Positions 8,030-16,444 of a stretch of 38,797 nt of DNA are shown here, piece by piece. A model generated the notes under the pieces. The model worked only from the letters and a program-made list of their open reading frames with translations, was not told where the DNA came from and made no database searches. A program made the position numbers and the translations under genes. Position 1 is the first letter of the stretch. The number at the start of each line of letters is the position of its first letter. Source of the DNA: a virus (lineage: Duplodnaviria; Caudoviricetes). The stretch is from positions 1-38,797 of the IMG/VR virus record IMGVR_UViG_3300048599_000735, one strand, 5' to 3'.

Positions 8030-9007
8030 ATGTCCAGCAACCAGATCCTGCTGCAGAAAGCCGACCTCGCCCTCGCCGACCTCTCGGCCAATGGCGGCCT
8101 GCTGATGCCCGAACAGGGCGCGGCCTTCATTCGCAAGCTCATCAAAGAGCCGACGCTCATCAAGGAAGCGCGCGTCGTCGAGATGGCGGCCCCGCAGCGC
8201 AAGATCAACAAGATCGGTTTCGCCAACCGCATCCTGCGCAAGGCGCAGTCCGGCGTGGCGCTCACCCAGGCGCAGCGCGCCAAGCCCGGCACCGAGCACA
8301 TCATGCTCTCCACGCAGGAAGTGATGGCCGAGGTCCGGCTGCCCTACGACGTGCTGGAGGACAATATCGAGCGCGCGGTCGCGGCCGGCAACGAGCCGTC
8401 GAACAGCCCGTGGTCGAGCGGCCTGCAGGAGACGCTGGTGACCTTGATCGCCGAGCGCGCCGCGCTGGACCTCGAAGAACTCTGCCTGCTGGGCGACACG
8501 GCCTACACCAATCCCGGCAACGCCGACGACCAGGCCTATCTCTCGATGTTCGACGGCTGGCTGAAGCTCGCCGGTGCGGGCCATGTCGTGAACTGGGCCA
8601 ACGCCGCCATCGCCAAGGAGATGTTCAAGAAGGGCATGACCGACATGCCGGTCCAGTATCTCCGCAACAAGGCGGCGATGCGCCACTTCGTGTCGGTGAA
8701 CCAGGAGACCGAGTATCGCGACACGCTGGCCAACCGCGTCGGCGTGCTGGGCGACCTGCAGGTCCAGACCAGCGGGCTGCTCTCGCCCTACGGCGTGCCG
8801 ATGAAGTCGGTGCAGCTCATGCCCGAGGCGCTGGGCCTGTTCACCAATCCGCTCAACCTGATCTTCGGTATCCAGCGCCAGATCAGCCTGGAGTTCGACA
8901 AGAACATCAGCGAGCGCGTCTACATCGTCGTCCTCACCGCCCGCGTCGCGGTGCAGGTCGAGGAGACCGACGCCATCGTGAAGTACACGAACATCGGCAC
9001 GGTCTAG
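8030..9007 (+). CDS. Major capsid protein, PBSX XkdG-like
   Basis: NQ.LL.KA...L...GGLL.P.Q...FIR, KIGF..RILR.A, EV.AE....YD.LE.NIE, AERAA.D.EEL...GDT. Confidence 0.9.
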   Translation: MSSNQILLQKADLALADLSANGGLLMPEQGAAFIRKLIKEPTLIKEARVVEMAAPQRKINKIGFANRILRKAQSGVALTQAQRAKPGTEHIMLSTQEVMAEVRLPYDVLEDNIERAVAAGNEPSNSPWSSGLQETLVTLIAERAALDLEELCLLGDTAYTNPGNADDQAYLSMFDGWLKLAGAGHVVNWANAAIAKEMFKKGMTDMPVQYLRNKAAMRHFVSVNQETEYRDTLANRVGVLGDLQVQTSGLLSPYGVPMKSVQLMPEALGLFTNPLNLIFGIQRQISLEFDKNISERVYIVVLTARVAVQVEETDAIVKYTNIGTV

Positions 9008-9038
9008 CTCACGGCGTCCGACCACCAGCGAGGACATC

Positions 9039-9659
9039 ATGAAGCTCGCCAGCCTGCTTTCCGTCCGGGAAGCGCTGGGTGTCGAGGCCGGCCAGGACAG
9101 CGACAACGCGATCCTGGCCGCGCTCGATGCCGCGACGGACGATATCGCGAGCCGCCTCCGCACGGGCTTCGAGCGGGTGACGGCGCGCGACGATTTCGCC
9201 GTGGAGATCGGCCAGTATCCCGCGGGCCATCTCGTACGGCTTGGCCTCTTGCGCGGGTTCCTCGTCGGGACGCCGACAGTGAAGGTCGCCCGCTCGCCCG
9301 CCGAGTTCGGCGTGGACGAGATCGACTTCACGGCAAAGGCGACCGTCGATCCCACGAAGGGCGTCGTGTCGATCGCCGGTGATGAAGCGCTCGGCGGCTT
9401 CCGGCCCTGGTGGTTCCGCGTCTCCTACACCGCGGGCTTCACCGCGACCGACGGCCAGCACTACGACGCCGTGCCGGCCTGGCTCGCGCTCGCCGCACGG
9501 CTGCATGCCCGCGTGGCGTTGAACGCGCATCCCATGTTCGTGCAGAACCAATCGACGGCCGATGCGCGCCTTCTCGAAGGCCAGCTCGTGCGCATTCTGG
9601 AGCGCCACGCGCGCTACATGCCCTGGGCCGAGACGCCGCGCGCCGGCGTCGTCGTCTAA
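9039..9659 (+). CDS. Head-tail connector/adaptor protein
   Basis: Immediately after capsid; V.YTAGF...VP.WL..AA motif. Confidence 0.65.
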   Translation: MKLASLLSVREALGVEAGQDSDNAILAALDAATDDIASRLRTGFERVTARDDFAVEIGQYPAGHLVRLGLLRGFLVGTPTVKVARSPAEFGVDEIDFTAKATVDPTKGVVSIAGDEALGGFRPWWFRVSYTAGFTATDGQHYDAVPAWLALAARLHARVALNAHPMFVQNQSTADARLLEGQLVRILERHARYMPWAETPRAGVVV

Positions 9660-10036
9660 TGGGCATCGAAGTCTCGTTCCGCGGCCGGCACTACACCGAT
9701 GCCGCGGCGGGCTTCGAGGCGGCGGCGACCGCGCTAGCCGAAGGCTGGCAACGCGCACCGGGCGCTCTGCGGCGCGAACTCGAAACCTATCTGAAGGGCG
9801 CGGCGGCGGGCTCCGGCGCGACGGTCGAGGTTTCCGGCAACAGCCTGGGCGACATCAAGGGCCGCGTGCTCGTGACGGCGCGCCGGCAGGGGCGCAAGCG
9901 CACGCCGTTCCTCCTGCAGGCGCGCACGGGACGGGGGCGCACGCGGTTCGAGGTGCTGCACGCGCTGGAGAGCGAGCGGGATTACTTCCTCGAACGCGCC
10001 CTGAAAGCGATGCTGAAGGAGATGAGCGGTGGCTGA
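9659..10036 (+). CDS. Putative neck/tail completion protein (short, basic)
   Basis: TAATG coupling to upstream gene, overlaps downstream gene; position in neck module. Confidence 0.5.
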   Translation: MGIEVSFRGRHYTDAAAGFEAAATALAEGWQRAPGALRRELETYLKGAAAGSGATVEVSGNSLGDIKGRVLVTARRQGRKRTPFLLQARTGRGRTRFEVLHALESERDYFLERALKAMLKEMSGG

Positions 10037-10499
10037 GTTCGTTCCCAACCAACTGACGGTGCGCGAACGTGCGCTGGCCGCCCTCGAACAGATCATCAGG
10101 ACGCAGCCCGCAGGCGACTATGGTTTCGCCTGGGATCTCGTGGTGCGCGCGCCGCTGCGCGACTGGGCCTATCGCAAGCAACGCTCGCTCGGCATCTTCG
10201 ACGGCCGCGAAACCAAGCGCGACCTCCATATGGTGCGCGAGTGCAGCCTCGCGGTGGCGCTCGAGATCAAGCTGGTCGTGCAATCGAGTGCGCAGCCCAG
10301 CAGCGAGATGAATGCCTATTTCGGCGCCGTCCAGCGCCGGCTGGCCGAGGATCCGACCCTGGGCGGGCTGGTGATCGACCTCGTGGAAACCGGCAACGAC
10401 TCCGACGTCGAGGACGAGAACCAGCGCCACGTCGCCGGCGTGCTCCTCTACACGATGAAGTACCGCCACGCGACCAAGGATCCACGCCGGATCGTCTGA
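10029..10499 (+). CDS. Putative tail terminator protein
   Basis: Acidic, DPTLGGLV.D motif, C-terminal Y.MKYRH...DP. Confidence 0.6.
   Translation: MAEFVPNQLTVRERALAALEQIIRTQPAGDYGFAWDLVVRAPLRDWAYRKQRSLGIFDGRETKRDLHMVRECSLAVALEIKLVVQSSAQPSSEMNAYFGAVQRRLAEDPTLGGLVIDLVETGNDSDVEDENQRHVAGVLLYTMKYRHATKDPRRIV
10277..10294. promoter_or_regulatory. 18-bp palindrome variant (15/18)
   Basis: CGTGCAATCGAGTGCGCA. Confidence 0.4.
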
Positions 10500-10503
10500 C
10501 GCC

Positions 10504-10539
10504 CGTTTTCTCTTCCCCATTCAGATGGGGAGGAGAACG
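10504..10539. terminator. Hairpin between convergent genes (possible bidirectional terminator)
   Basis: tcttccccat-tcag-atggggagga. Confidence 0.5.
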
Positions 10540-10546
10540 CTTCGGT

Positions 10547-10951
10547 TCAGCGCGCCGTCTTCTTCGACAGGATCGCTGCCAGCGCCAGGCCGCCGACCAT
10601 AGAGACATGCTCGAACGAGACCACCATGTGGTGGAAGGCGTCCATGCCGGTCTTGGTCCAGAAGGCGTGGGCGATGGGGATGGTCAGCAGCGTGAAGATC
10701 GCGAGCGCGCCGGTGCCGAGCCAGACGCCGCGGTTCAGGATGACGGCCAGCGAGCCGCCGAGCTGCACGATGATGGTCGCGACGGCGAACAGCCAGCCGG
10801 GATGAAGGCCGAACATCTCCATCTCGCCGATGGTGGCGTTGAAGCCGAACAGCTTGGCGAGGCCGGACGACCAGAAGACGAAGGTGAGCAGCACCCGTGC
10901 GAGCAGGAGAAACGCCGGCGATTCCAGGATCGTGGCAATGACGGAGGGCAT
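10547..10951 (-). CDS. DoxX-family membrane protein
   Basis: RVLLTFVFWSSGLAKL.GF, TIPIAHAFW, EHVSMVGGL; about 4 TM helices. Confidence 0.9.
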   Translation of the reverse strand: MPSVIATILESPAFLLLARVLLTFVFWSSGLAKLFGFNATIGEMEMFGLHPGWLFAVATIIVQLGGSLAVILNRGVWLGTGALAIFTLLTIPIAHAFWTKTGMDAFHHMVVSFEHVSMVGGLALAAILSKKTAR

Positions 10952-11076
10952 TCTTCAGTTCTCTCGATAGTGACCGGAGCGCTTTGTACGGTCCCGAACG
11001 ACTGAAGCAAAGCCCGGTCCGTCAGGACCCGGCATGTATTTTCCGGAGTAGGCCCGCGTTTCGTCGACCGGGTCGA

Positions 11077-11376
11077 TCAGCACTTCGCGACGCGTTGGCG
11101 GTAGCCGTCGTAGTACTGGCTCCAGCAGCGGACACGCTGCTTGACGACGTGGTCGGGATAGCCGTTCTGGCCGCGGTTCGTCACGATCACCGTGGTGTAG
11201 CCGTCCCGGGAATAGCCGCCCTGGGATCCATTGCCTACAGGCGTGAAGTAGCTGCCATCATCCGCCAGCGACGGCTGGAAAGAAGCCATCGGTGCGGCAT
11301 TGCCGTCGCCGAGGGATGCCGCGCCGATCATGCCGATGCCGAGAATGAGTGCCAGTCTCGGGAAGAGCCTCGACAT
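11077..11376 (-). CDS. Small secreted hypothetical protein
   Basis: GGAG RBS; signal peptide MSRLFPRLALILGIGMIGAASL. Confidence 0.6.
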   Translation of the reverse strand: MSRLFPRLALILGIGMIGAASLGDGNAAPMASFQPSLADDGSYFTPVGNGSQGGYSRDGYTTVIVTNRGQNGYPDHVVKQRVRCWSQYYDGYRQRVAKC

Positions 11377-11409
11377 TGTGATTTCTCCAAATCAAGCTGT
11401 TTCAGCGAC

Positions 11410-11462
11410 GCCACTCTATACGGGTATATTATTATTGTAAAACACGTATAAGTAGTAATCGT
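11410..11462. promoter_or_regulatory. AT-rich divergent promoter region
   Basis: AT-rich patch in a GC-rich background, bracketed by inverted TATACG (11417-11422) and CGTATA (11445-11450). Confidence 0.45.
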
Positions 11463-11578
11463 CGTTGGCGCAGCGCCGAACCACGGCGGCCGGGAGCGAT
11501 ACCGGGCGGGCGAGGGCGGTGCCAGTTCGGGGCGGGCATGGAGGGGTGCATCCGCATCCCGCACAACGAGGTGCTCCA

Positions 11579-12337
11579 ATGACCGTCAGGATTTCCCGAA
11601 CGCAGTATGCGGCGGGCAGCCAGATCTTTCGCGCCGACGGCAACGGCCTCACGCCCGCGATGCGCGGCCTGGCCCAGTCGCTGGCCCGCATCGCCGCATC
11701 GACTGTCACCGATCTCGTCGACAACTCGGGCGGCCAGACCGCCGACGGCACCATCGAGGCCATCGGCAGCTTCGTGCCGGCCGCGCTCGGCAGCAGCGAC
11801 GCCGCCCAGAAGGCCGAGCTTGAGGCGGGCTTCGCCAACGCGACCGACGCGCTGAAGGAGCTGATCGCCCAGGTCAATCTCCTCAATGCGCGCGTGCCCG
11901 CACTCACAGGCGCGCTGGTCGACAACATCGTCGGCACGTCCGCGGACGGCACCATCGCGGCTATCGACGTCTCCTACACCGGCGTCGGCACCGCGATGGC
12001 GTCGGCTGCTGGCGCCAACCTCGTGCTGGCGCGGCTCAAGAACGCCGTGGCCCAGCTCGCGCTGCACGTGAACAAGCTCGCCGTCGCCTGCGGCTCGCCC
12101 GCGGTCGTCGATCTCTCGGGCGGCACGCCGGTCTACAGCCTTGCCTTCGCCGACATTCCCGAAGGCACCGGCACGGCGGCCTCGGGCGCCGATGCGACGG
12201 CCGCCAACGCCATCGTCAAGGCGGCCGACGCCAGTGCGGTGATGCAGAAGCTCGCCAACGCCGTGAAGGAACTCGCCACCAAGCTCAACGCGCTGGGCGA
12301 TGCCACCGGCGGCGTTGCCGTCACCGTCGCCGTCTAA
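11579..12337 (+). CDS. Ala-rich virion protein with three internal repeats (possible head fibre/decoration)
   Basis: LVDNSGG.TADGTI.AI-type and A..A..EL...VN.L-type repeats; located before tail tube. Confidence 0.55.
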   Translation: MTVRISRTQYAAGSQIFRADGNGLTPAMRGLAQSLARIAASTVTDLVDNSGGQTADGTIEAIGSFVPAALGSSDAAQKAELEAGFANATDALKELIAQVNLLNARVPALTGALVDNIVGTSADGTIAAIDVSYTGVGTAMASAAGANLVLARLKNAVAQLALHVNKLAVACGSPAVVDLSGGTPVYSLAFADIPEGTGTAASGADATAANAIVKAADASAVMQKLANAVKELATKLNALGDATGGVAVTVAV

Positions 12338-12389
12338 GCGTCGCCGTCTAGACTCCCAACGATTCCTTTAGGCCCAAGGAGGGGCTTCC

Positions 12390-13661
12390 ATGAGCATTCT
12401 CACCCGCAAGACCATGCTCTATGCCGGCATCGAGCCGGCCTATGGCACGCTGCCCGCGTTCAGCGATTCGACCAGCCCGATCCTGGTCGAGAACGCCGAC
12501 TACAAGATCGATCTCCAGAACATCGACCGGCCGCTCTATCGCGCCGATCTCTCGCCGACGCCCGACATGATCGGCCGCAAGATCTCCAAGATCTCCTTCA
12601 CGCACGAACTGCGCGGCGGCGGCACGGTGGGTTCCGAAAGCCGGCTGGGCCGCCTGCTGCGTGCCTGCTCGCTCTCCGCGGAGAACAAGGCGTCGGCCTG
12701 GTGGGGCGCGTTCCTGCCGATCGGCAATGTCGCCGGCGGGCCCAACGTCGCCTGGACGACGGGCGGCAGCCTCTCCGGCATCGCCGAGCCCAAGACGCTG
12801 CTGATCGAGGTCACGACCGGCGGCCTCACGAGTGTGGCCGAAGTGTCGATCACCGCCGACGACGGCACGGCGCCGCAGATGGGCGTCGACATGATCAGCG
12901 GCACGGCGGCCACGCTCTCGACCGGCGGTCTTGCCGGCGCCACGATCACGCCGACGTGGAGCGGCGCGCTGATCGTCGGCCAGAAGTGGATCGTCACGGT
13001 GTTCCCGGCCGGTATCCAGTATCGGCCGACTTCGGTCGAGAGCCAGCAGGAGAGCATCGCACTGCGCCTCTACAAGGACGGCGTGCTGCACGAGGCGACA
13101 GGCTGCTACGGCACCTTCAAGGTGAACGCGCAGGCCGGCGGCCGCGCCACGGTGGAGTTCGAGTTCACCGGCATCTACAGCACGCCGACCGATGCCGCCT
13201 TCCCGGCGAGCCCGGTCTTCGAGTCGACCCTGCCGCAGCAGGTCGAACTCGGCCGCCTGCATGTCGACGGCTTCGGCGTCGCGGGCCCGCTCAACAACCC
13301 GTGCGTGGTCGACACGTTCAGCTTCGACATCGCCAACAAGATCGACCCGCGCACCTCGATCAACGCGGTGAACGGCTATACGGGGCTTCGCATCACAGAC
13401 CGCGGCAGCTCGGGCGGCATCGACCCCGAAGCGACGCTGGTCGCCAGCCAGGACTTCTGGACCAAGCTCGCCAACGCGCGCCTGATGCCCTTCGGCATGC
13501 GGGTCGGCACGACGCCCGGTAACTCCTGGTACATCCACGCGCCCTGCGTCCAGTACACCGGCCTCACCTACAAGGACCGCAACGGCCTGCAGGCCCTCGA
13601 CGCCGCGTTGCAGTTCAATCGCCTGAACGGCGACGACGAGATCATGTTCTACGCCTGCTGA
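12390..13661 (+). CDS. Major tail tube protein (siphophage), with an inserted beta-rich domain
   Basis: E..YGT N-terminus, ISF..EL.G.G, LLRAC, G..GTF.V, ITDR...G.ID; no sheath gene present. Confidence 0.8.
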   Translation: MSILTRKTMLYAGIEPAYGTLPAFSDSTSPILVENADYKIDLQNIDRPLYRADLSPTPDMIGRKISKISFTHELRGGGTVGSESRLGRLLRACSLSAENKASAWWGAFLPIGNVAGGPNVAWTTGGSLSGIAEPKTLLIEVTTGGLTSVAEVSITADDGTAPQMGVDMISGTAATLSTGGLAGATITPTWSGALIVGQKWIVTVFPAGIQYRPTSVESQQESIALRLYKDGVLHEATGCYGTFKVNAQAGGRATVEFEFTGIYSTPTDAAFPASPVFESTLPQQVELGRLHVDGFGVAGPLNNPCVVDTFSFDIANKIDPRTSINAVNGYTGLRITDRGSSGGIDPEATLVASQDFWTKLANARLMPFGMRVGTTPGNSWYIHAPCVQYTGLTYKDRNGLQALDAALQFNRLNGDDEIMFYAC

Positions 13662-13699
13662 TCCTCGCCGCGAGGCGGTAGCCGACAGCCGACACTCCG

Positions 13700-13727
13700 G
13701 GCCGTGCGAGCGATTGCACGGCCTTTT
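13700..13727 (+). terminator. Intrinsic terminator built on the 18-bp palindrome (16/18 at 13703-13720)
   Basis: ggccgtgc-gagcgatt-gcacggcc followed by tttt, after tail tube stop. Confidence 0.65.
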
Positions 13728-13795
13728 CCGTGGACGATCCTCTTGCACGCGCAGGTAGTGTGAATTTAGGATCGCCGCCGTGGTGGGGGAGTGAA

Positions 13796-14500
13796 ATGGC
13801 AACGCCTGTAAAACTGAGACACAAGAATACGGGGCTCGAGAAGACCGGCTATACCGGCTTTTCCTGGACGACCTTGTTCTTCGGCCCGTTCCCGGCCCTG
13901 TTCCGGGGAGAGTTTCTGATCTTCCTGGTGTACGTCGCCGTCGTGGTGGTGATTGCAGTCCTGTTGCCCGTGCTCGGCCTGTTGGTGACGCTGATCGCGC
14001 AGTTGGTCTGGTGCTTCCAGTTCAACGCCTTCCATATGCGGAAGCTGATCGGGCAGGGCTATCTGCTGGCCGATACCGACCTCAACAACCAGCGCGCCGC
14101 GGAAATAGTCAGGATGTCGCCCGCCGCGATGGGCGCACGGCCCGAGCACAGGGACCTCGGCAACGACGGCTACAAGATCTTCCTCGTCAAGAAATACAAG
14201 ATCGAAAAGAACGAGGCGCTGGGCAAGATGATCGTGGGCGAGCGCCTGTTCGACACGATCGACGAGGCGCTGGCCTATGCCGACAGCCTCGAGAACGGCG
14301 CCATGCCGCCCCACGCGACGCCGCTGGTGCCCGACGGGGAGAGCTGGCGCCGGACGCACACGATCGTTCGCACCATCGCGGTCAGAGGCGGGAAGATATT
14401 CGCCCTGAGCGGCGGTGTTTTCGCCGTGCCGAACAACAACACCCTGTTCGGCACGATGGACGAAGCCGTCAAATTCGCGATTGCGCAGGGCGCGGTCTGA
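13796..14500 (+). CDS. Membrane protein, DUF2628/HrgC-like N-terminus (moron-like)
   Basis: GFSWTTLFFG.FPALFRG motif, TM helices; candidate promoter TTGCAC-N18-TAGGAT at 13743-13772. Confidence 0.75.
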   Translation: MATPVKLRHKNTGLEKTGYTGFSWTTLFFGPFPALFRGEFLIFLVYVAVVVVIAVLLPVLGLLVTLIAQLVWCFQFNAFHMRKLIGQGYLLADTDLNNQRAAEIVRMSPAAMGARPEHRDLGNDGYKIFLVKKYKIEKNEALGKMIVGERLFDTIDEALAYADSLENGAMPPHATPLVPDGESWRRTHTIVRTIAVRGGKIFALSGGVFAVPNNNTLFGTMDEAVKFAIAQGAV

Positions 14501-14642
14501 GGGCTCGGTCTGAAAGCGCGATAAGGGAGGGCGGTGGCCGGTAATCCGAACACGGCCCGCCCCGCAGGCTTCGAGCCGGGGACTGGAAATCGTAGGCAAG
14601 CCTTGCCGCCTCCCGATGCGGGACGAACGCGGCGGGCGCCCC

Positions 14643-14828
14643 ATGTACGAAGTCAAAGTCTTCATCGTCCAGAAAGCCAACGGCGAGCTGGTCGGCGCCA
14701 AGCTGACGCGCGGCGCCGCGCAATCGATTGCACGCTACTACGCACCGGCGAAGGTGACGGTGATGGTTGCCGACAAGCAGGTCGTGCCGTCGATTGCACG
14801 CTCGGACAGCCTTCGTTACAAGGGGTGA
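14643..14828 (+). CDS. 61-aa hypothetical phage protein
   Basis: Protein-like ORF MYEVKVFIVQK...; contains two palindrome copies (14717-14734, 14783-14800). Confidence 0.6.
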   Translation: MYEVKVFIVQKANGELVGAKLTRGAAQSIARYYAPAKVTVMVADKQVVPSIARSDSLRYKG

Positions 14829-14840
14829 CGGTGGGAGGTT

Positions 14841-15482
14841 GTGTTGCGCAAGATCGTTCTCGGCTCGCTCATAGCGTGTGCTTGGCTAACCGCGGCGACG
14901 ATCGCCGCCCAGCCGGCCGTCGCTCAGGCGGCCGCTGCCAAGTCGGAGCGCAGGATCAGCAAAGGCTCCATCCTCTGCGAAACGCCGCAAGGGCTGGACG
15001 ACGCGCTGCCCACGATGAGCGAGCAGCAGCTGAAAAGTATCGGTTGCGCCGTGACCCGGATGACCTGGCCGGCCCGGATCACCAACACCAGCGCACCCAA
15101 GGATCGGATCGTGCGGCTCCAGCTCATGACGCCGGACCAGGTCCTCCATATGTGGGGCAGGCGCACGGACCTGATGGGCGTTCTCGCCTCACCCCCCGGC
15201 GCTAGCCAAGGGAAGCCCCTGGTGTGGGAAGCCACGGTCAAGGACGCCATCTATTGCTTGGAGCCCAAGGGGGTGAAGGACGCGCGACCGGGTATGGACG
15301 CAGCGGCCTTGCAGCAGATCAACTGTTTATCCAGCAATGGTGAATATCTGGTGAGGCTGGTCGACGGCAGCGCTCCCGATGACCCCGTCGTGCAGGTAGA
15401 GATCGAGGATCCCAAACAATCCGCGCAACTGTGGATCAAGCGGGAAGCGGCGAGCGCGTTCAAGCCCATGCCCGCGAACTGA
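14841..15482 (+). CDS. Secreted protein with two repeated Cys-pair domains
   Basis: GGGAGG RBS, signal peptide; ILCETPQGL...KSIGC vs IYCLEPKGV...QQINC. Confidence 0.7.
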   Translation: MLRKIVLGSLIACAWLTAATIAAQPAVAQAAAAKSERRISKGSILCETPQGLDDALPTMSEQQLKSIGCAVTRMTWPARITNTSAPKDRIVRLQLMTPDQVLHMWGRRTDLMGVLASPPGASQGKPLVWEATVKDAIYCLEPKGVKDARPGMDAAALQQINCLSSNGEYLVRLVDGSAPDDPVVQVEIEDPKQSAQLWIKREAASAFKPMPAN

Positions 15483-15613
15483 AGCCTACGCCGTTCACCT
15501 CCACGGTCGCATCTCCGCGCCACGCCCATCCCGCGGCATAGTCCGCTGGCCGCTTCTCCCTAGGCTGTAGCTCGTTTCGCAGAGCCAACAGCATCTCGAG
15601 GAGGAGAAGCAGA

Positions 15614-16051
15614 ATGGCCATCAAGGCACTCACTTTGTCCGCCGTGAAGACCGTCGAGTCCAAACTGGACGAGGCTTACGGCACCCCCGACGCCACCCGC
15701 TTCACCATCGGCGCCATCGACGCCTTCGTCGCCGCCTATATCGGCGACCGCAGCCTCACCTTCACCGACGGCGAGGACAATGGCCGCGCCGTGGCGCAGG
15801 TGAAGCTGAACGAGGCCAACCTCGAATATGTCCGCTTCGGCCTCAAGGGCTGGGAGAAGTTCGCCGATGCCAAGGGCAACGAGGTGGTCTTCGCGACGGC
15901 CGAGAAGGTCGTGATGGGCAAGAAGTACCAGGTGGTGGCCGACGACTGCCTGGCGCTGATCGATGCCGAGCTGACCGGCTGGCTGGCGCGCGAGATCAAG
16001 GCCATCAACACGGTGAGCGCCGACGACGCGGGAAAATCCGTCGCGGCGTGA
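15614..16051 (+). CDS. Tail assembly chaperone (gpG-like)
   Basis: Between tube and tape measure; VRFGLKGWE.F motif; slippery GGGAAAA near 3' end. Confidence 0.8.
   Translation: MAIKALTLSAVKTVESKLDEAYGTPDATRFTIGAIDAFVAAYIGDRSLTFTDGEDNGRAVAQVKLNEANLEYVRFGLKGWEKFADAKGNEVVFATAEKVVMGKKYQVVADDCLALIDAELTGWLAREIKAINTVSADDAGKSVAA
16030..16036 (+). other. Programmed -1 frameshift heptamer G GGA AAA
   Basis: In-frame X XXY YYZ; the -1 frame is open into ORF 16048-16398. Confidence 0.8.
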
Positions 16052-16398
16052 TCGCGCTCTGCCTGCTGCCGGAGCGCAACTGTGCGACCTGCACGGCGCG
16101 GCAGCAGAAGGAGTGGGGTTGCGACGCCAGACAACGGCCCGACGGATCGTGGACCGACCGGTCGCTGGTCCCGATGGAGGTGGACGGCCAGGAGAGCTGG
16201 GCCTGCCCGCGCCGGCCGGTGAAGGACGACCCGGCGCTGTTCGGCGAACTGATGTCGCTCTACGGCCTCTACGCCGAAGGCGTGCTGGCCGACGAAGGCG
16301 GGGTGATGAGCCAGACGGTGAAGTACCTCGCGATCATGCGCCTGATCCACGGCACCGTGAACGAATGCCGCGCGGCGCAGATGGAGAAGAAGGACTGA
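16048..16398 (+). CDS. Tail assembly chaperone extension (gpT-like, Cys-rich)
   Basis: -1 frame relative to the G gene; CATC..WGC..CP; precedes tape measure. Confidence 0.75.
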   Translation: MIALCLLPERNCATCTARQQKEWGCDARQRPDGSWTDRSLVPMEVDGQESWACPRRPVKDDPALFGELMSLYGLYAEGVLADEGGVMSQTVKYLAIMRLIHGTVNECRAAQMEKKD

Positions 16399-16444
16399 GC
16401 CGAAGACGCGCCGCAGGGCGCCGAACCCAAGGAGGGGTGGAGCC

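Noticed and set aside
11410-11462. CtrA box (TTAA-N7-TTAA), as found for RcGTA regulation
   Set aside because: No such motif seen here or at the other TTAA occurrences I checked
14643-14828. 61-aa ORF as the CsrA-like binder of the looped RBSs
   Set aside because: Size fits, but it lacks the CsrA signature (ML.L.R..GE.I.IG...V.V......VR.GI.AP..V.V.R.E)
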